In this document: one piece after another, positions 59,830-64,000 of the stretch
How the letters are laid out: every line of letters starts with the position of its first letter
Numbering within the stretch: position 1 is the stretch's first letter
Source: Tubiluchus corallicola
Lineage: Eukaryota; Animalia; Priapulida
Assembly (NCBI GenBank): GCA_030141605.1
Contig: JAQGDQ010000386.1
Location: 124,001 to 188,000, forward strand
DNA: 64,000 bases
Direction: 5' to 3'
Notes under the pieces: generated by a model
What the model was told of the DNA's origin: nothing
Databases searched by the model: none
Seen by the model: only the letters and a program-made list of their open reading frames with translations
Program-made: the position numbers and the translations under genes

Positions 59830-60270
59830 ACCTCATATTTCGCACCCAGCTTATTCTTGAACTCGTCCACTGAAGAATCTTTAGCAATTTCAGATGCGAG
59901 TAAATTCCATTTTCTAACTACTTTTTCCATGAAAAAATGCTCTACAATTTAATTTGGCTTAAAAAAATTTAAACATTTTAATGGAGCGCCCTATAGTTCT
60001 GCCAACATTGGCCAGTCTAAACATTTTTTTTTTCAATGTCATTTAACCCATGTATAATTTTACAGTGCATTTATATCAAGTCTTCTCAACACTAATTTTG
60101 TAAGTGAAAATTTTCTAAGCCTCTCTTGATACGGCATTTTCTCCACAAGTTCAATCATGCTGGTCAACCTGCGTTGGACACCCTCTAGAAGGTTAATGTC
60201 TTTTCTATAGTGTGAATTCCATGCTTGTACATAATACTCTTATTTGGGTCTTATTAAGCTTTTGCACAAT
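59830..60270 (-). mobile_element. Degraded CR1-type LINE 3' fragment
   Basis: Minus-strand translation LIRPK*EYYVQAWNSHYRKDINLLEGVQRRLT resembles the CR1 ORF2 C-terminal region. Confidence 0.7.
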
Positions 60271-60764
60271 TTCATGATCATCGTAATGTCGAAATTAAAA
60301 GAGAAGTCATCAATACAGAAAGAAACACGAAAGTATGACGCCAAAACACAGTGAAATTTGATCTCACACACTATGAAGTGTTTGCTTATCTATTGATGAA
60401 GTGGAATCACAGAGTTCAATGATGTCCGACGTCACACTCTATTCCTCAGAAGTTCAAAAACAGATCTCTTTATTACCTTGTGTCAAACTACAAAAACATG
60501 CTTATTTCTCTTTATGCCTAGTCTTGGAATTGTTTACACAACTAAAACTTAAAACTAATATTACACTCAATTTGAACTCACCAACCCGTATACATATGAA
60601 TGGTAAAAACTCACATATTATATGTGCTGAAGATCTTAACCCTAACTTACAGTGATACTAACCATGAATTTTGCTATAGAGATAGTAAAAATAGAAATAG
60701 TAACAATGCCATCTTTATATATATTATTGCACTGCTACTTGTGAAATTGTACTTTATGTTATGT

Positions 60765-63480
60765 CAATTCAATTCAATTCAATTTATTTATTTATTTTAT
60801 CTCCGTTAGAATGATAAAAATACAGTATAAAGAATAAATGCAATATTTTGAAGCAAAGGAGAAGGGCAGTGAAGAACCCGTAGGTTATCAAGTCAGCCAC
60901 CCTTAAATAGTTATGATTAAATAAACTTAATTATGGCATCGTTATCAATTTAAATTTGTATTCGGTTCATGTGTGTTAATTTGGCAATTAAATGATAGGT
61001 ATCGTAATACTGTAGAACATATAGTTTAAATAACGAAAGATTTACAATTCTAAAATACTGTGAATCATGCGAAGCAAACACAATAAAAATAACTTGAGAT
61101 TTTTAAGATAACAGAAACTAAATAATCCGGCAAAAAACAAAAAACAGTAGAATGATCAACCAAAGCTGTCGAGAAAAAAATATAATAGATTAAACCAAGG
61201 AAAAACAACGCAAATATAAATCATACAAGACAAAACAAGAAACAGAAGCAAATAAGAAAAAAAACAAAACTGAAATGTTGTAATAATAACATCAATGACT
61301 GAATTTGTCGAGAAAGAAAATATAATAAATTAAACCATCGAAAAACTATTTCAACTGTAAATCAGACAAAATGAAATCAAAATATAACAAAAACTTAAAC
61401 AAAATCTTTAAGTGTCGTAGCAATGAAAAAAATATGTATAGTATTACAAGTATATAAGCAAAATGTCTCATTTATTTGTATCCTGCAATAAGTTGTTTTT
61501 TATAGTTTAGAATTAACTTTTTGTAGTTACTTGACTTTAACTGGTCTGGTAATGAATTCCACAGCAAAGATCCTTGGTGTTTTAAAGAATTCTGGCCTTT
61601 AGATGAGTTAAATCTTTCAATAAAATAAGATTGGGTTGTAGCAAACCTAGTAGAGTGGTGATGCATGTGACATGCTAAAGTATAATAATTGCTGAAGAGA
61701 TCTGGAAGTGAATTATTTTTGAATTTATGTACAAACTTGAGCAATTCTAATTTATACAGATCATATACTTTTAGTAGATTTAGTTGCAAATACAAAGGTG
61801 TTACATGTTCCCATTTGCTAGTAAATGTTATAAGTTTGATAATCTTGTTTTGTTTAGAAACCAATGATTTTAAGACCGATGCTGAAGCACTACCCCAGGC
61901 GAGAATGCCATAACTCAGATATGGCATGACAAGAGAAGAATATAAGAGCCGTAGTGCATCTACATTTATGTAGTGTCGTATTCTAGCTAATACTCCACTT
62001 AATTTGCTAATTTTGTTGACTATATGTTGAACATGTGTTTTCCAAGTAATTCTACTATCTATAAATATACCAAGATATTTGATTTCTTGTGTAGATTGAA
62101 TAGTACAACCTCCCATATTTATGTTTAAACTATTGTTATGTTGCTTGTTTCCAATTAACATATATTTTGTTTTTTTATAATTTATTGATAGCTTATTTGC
62201 TTGCATCCATTTATTAATATTGTCCAGTTCCACATTTACTGAATGTTCTAATGTTTTGATATTTTGGTGTGATAAAAATAAGTTTGTATCGTCTGCAAAC
62301 AATCTGGTGTTAAATTGCGAACAAGATGGCAGATCGTTAATATATAAAAGAAATAACAATGGCCCCAATGTAGAACCCTGTGGGACACCACAGGTTATAT
62401 CAGCAAGTTTAGAATCCGATGAGTCAATAGACGTAAACTGTTTCCTATTAGTAAGGTAAGACGTGAAAAGCGCAAGAGGACGTCCCCTGATACCATAGTA
62501 TGATAACTTATATAACAAAATGTCATGTTGTACCGTGTCGAATGCTTTAGATAAATCTAAAAATATAGCACAAGTAGTTTTCCCCTTATCAATATTCGCA
62601 AGAAAGTTTTCAATTATTTCTGACACAGCTAAAGATGCAGAGTGATTTTTTCTGAATCCAAATTGGAATTTAGTTAAAATTTGTTCTTTTAAAAGAAATT
62701 TAGCTAGCCTAGAGTAAATTAATTTTTCAAAAATCTTTGATATGGGAGATAAGAGAGATATTGGCCTATAATTAGTGGGATTAATGGGAGAATCAGATTT
62801 GTAAATCGGGATTATTTTTGCAATTTTCAACACGTCAGGATAGATACCCTCTTCTACACATTTATTGAACAGCATAGTTAATAATGGAGTAATAATGGAC
62901 TGTGAAATTTTAAAAAACTGATTTGAGATGTTTTCAGGTCCTGCTGATTTATTGGTTTTTAATGCAGCAATAGCAGAGGAAACTTCATACTCGATAATTG
63001 GCGCAAAAAAGAAGGAGTTCTGATTAGGCATTCTAAGGAAAGAATCAAATGTTATTGGAGTAGGTGGTACTTTTTTTACCATATCAGAACCAACCGATGC
63101 AAAATAATTATTCATGAATTCACAGATAGCAGGGGGTTCCGTAATCTCAGCATGATTTATTACTAGTTTAGTTGGAGTTATGCGCTGCTTGTTTTGTCCA
63201 TTGATCAAATCATTCAATGTTGCCCAAGTCTTTCTAATATTAGTTTTATTATCATGTAGTAAAGTACAATAATAATTTCTTTTGGCTAAATTTATGAGAT
63301 GATTAAGTTTATTAGAAAATTGTTTATATTGATTAATTTTTAAGGTACTAGTTGTAGTCTTACAGTCCTTGTATAATCTACTTTTAGTTTTTATTGACAC
63401 AAGAATACCTCTAGTTAACCATGGCTTGGAGAAAGTTACTTTTTCAGTTCTTGACAATGTTTTAAGTGGGGCATGTTTAT
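60765..63480 (-). mobile_element. 5'-truncated L2/Crack (CR1-group) LINE with open RT frame and long 3' UTR
   Basis: ORF 61472-63457 has KPWLT, YRPISLL, QFGFR, FLDLSKAFDTV, GVPQGSTLGPLLFLLYINDL, LFADDT, KYLG and HHHSTR. No endonuclease domain is present. The 3' end has AATAAA and a (TTGAA)n tail. Confidence 0.92.
61472..63457 (-). CDS. LINE ORF2 reverse transcriptase (N-terminally truncated), 661 aa
   Basis: Uninterrupted ORF with canonical non-LTR RT motifs. Confidence 0.85.
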   Translation of the reverse strand: MSRTEKVTFSKPWLTRGILVSIKTKSRLYKDCKTTTSTLKINQYKQFSNKLNHLINLAKRNYYCTLLHDNKTNIRKTWATLNDLINGQNKQRITPTKLVINHAEITEPPAICEFMNNYFASVGSDMVKKVPPTPITFDSFLRMPNQNSFFFAPIIEYEVSSAIAALKTNKSAGPENISNQFFKISQSIITPLLTMLFNKCVEEGIYPDVLKIAKIIPIYKSDSPINPTNYRPISLLSPISKIFEKLIYSRLAKFLLKEQILTKFQFGFRKNHSASLAVSEIIENFLANIDKGKTTCAIFLDLSKAFDTVQHDILLYKLSYYGIRGRPLALFTSYLTNRKQFTSIDSSDSKLADITCGVPQGSTLGPLLFLLYINDLPSCSQFNTRLFADDTNLFLSHQNIKTLEHSVNVELDNINKWMQANKLSINYKKTKYMLIGNKQHNNSLNINMGGCTIQSTQEIKYLGIFIDSRITWKTHVQHIVNKISKLSGVLARIRHYINVDALRLLYSSLVMPYLSYGILAWGSASASVLKSLVSKQNKIIKLITFTSKWEHVTPLYLQLNLLKVYDLYKLELLKFVHKFKNNSLPDLFSNYYTLACHMHHHSTRFATTQSYFIERFNSSKGQNSLKHQGSLLWNSLPDQLKSSNYKKLILNYKKQLIAGYK

Positions 63481-63546
63481 TAAGTCTATACCCCGTTTAC
63501 CTGTTAGTCTTAACAACTTTGGTTTTTTTCTTTTTTCTGCTAGGTA

Positions 63547-63728
63547 TGCATATTTATGTGTATGTGTATATGTACATGTGTATAAATGTATATGTGTGTG
63601 TATATATGTCCATATATATATGTGTGTGTGTCTATGTATATGCACATAAATAAGCGCATGTATCCAATTAGGTATATAATGCAGGTGTATGTATATGTGT
63701 GTATGTATATGTATATATATATATATGT
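63547..63728. repeat. (TA)n/(TG)n compound microsatellite
   Basis: Read directly. It is the source of the spurious His/Ile/Tyr ORFs here. Confidence 0.9.
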
Positions 63729-64000
63729 AGCCATTAGTATTATTCATTACTATTCATTATAAATAATGTAATTTTACAGCAGATAGAGGCCTAATGACTA
63801 TCTAGATGCCTTATTGGAAACGTACCGTATTCAGTACTAACATCTACAGTACAGTAACTAACTAACAATCTTGTCACTTTTTATCATATTATCGTTTCAT
63901 GCTTTGTGTTTTTCTTGTAAAAAAGGTGATAAATAAAGATACTTACTTACACGATTGTAGGTTCCTGGGAGAGATTATTAGCAATACGGGTACTCTTTGT

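Overview
AT-rich, intron-containing animal (probably invertebrate) nuclear DNA. I assembled all gene models by hand from splice signals and reading frames. Six genes are supported. On the + strand: a divergent orphan histone H3 (853-1272), a 3-exon CD225/dispanin membrane protein (2505-4802) and a 15-coding-exon PTP-PEST-family phosphatase, PTPN12-like (7795-33196, about 848 aa, one GC-AG intron). On the - strand: an intronless CPSF1/CPSF160 (39929-44137), a 4-coding-exon mitochondrial ribosomal protein uL2m/MRPL2 (45764-51731) and a single-exon protein with signal peptide, 8 LDL-receptor class A repeats and a probable GPI signal (58530-59675). Introns and intergenic DNA are full of mobile DNA: Kolobok-type (TTAA), Tc1/pogo-type (TA) and hAT-type (8-bp TSD) MITEs, a 5S-rRNA-headed SINE, RTE/CR1/L2-Crack LINE pieces, a solo LTR and several minisatellites. 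The strongest leads are: the H3 with substitutions at modification sites next to an antisense histone stem-loop; two long intronless CDSs in an intron-rich locus; a MITE inserted on a stop codon; the 5S-derived SINE; and splice acceptors just upstream of every start codon. No CRISPR or prokaryotic-type system is present, and I cannot demonstrate a wholly new system from sequence alone.
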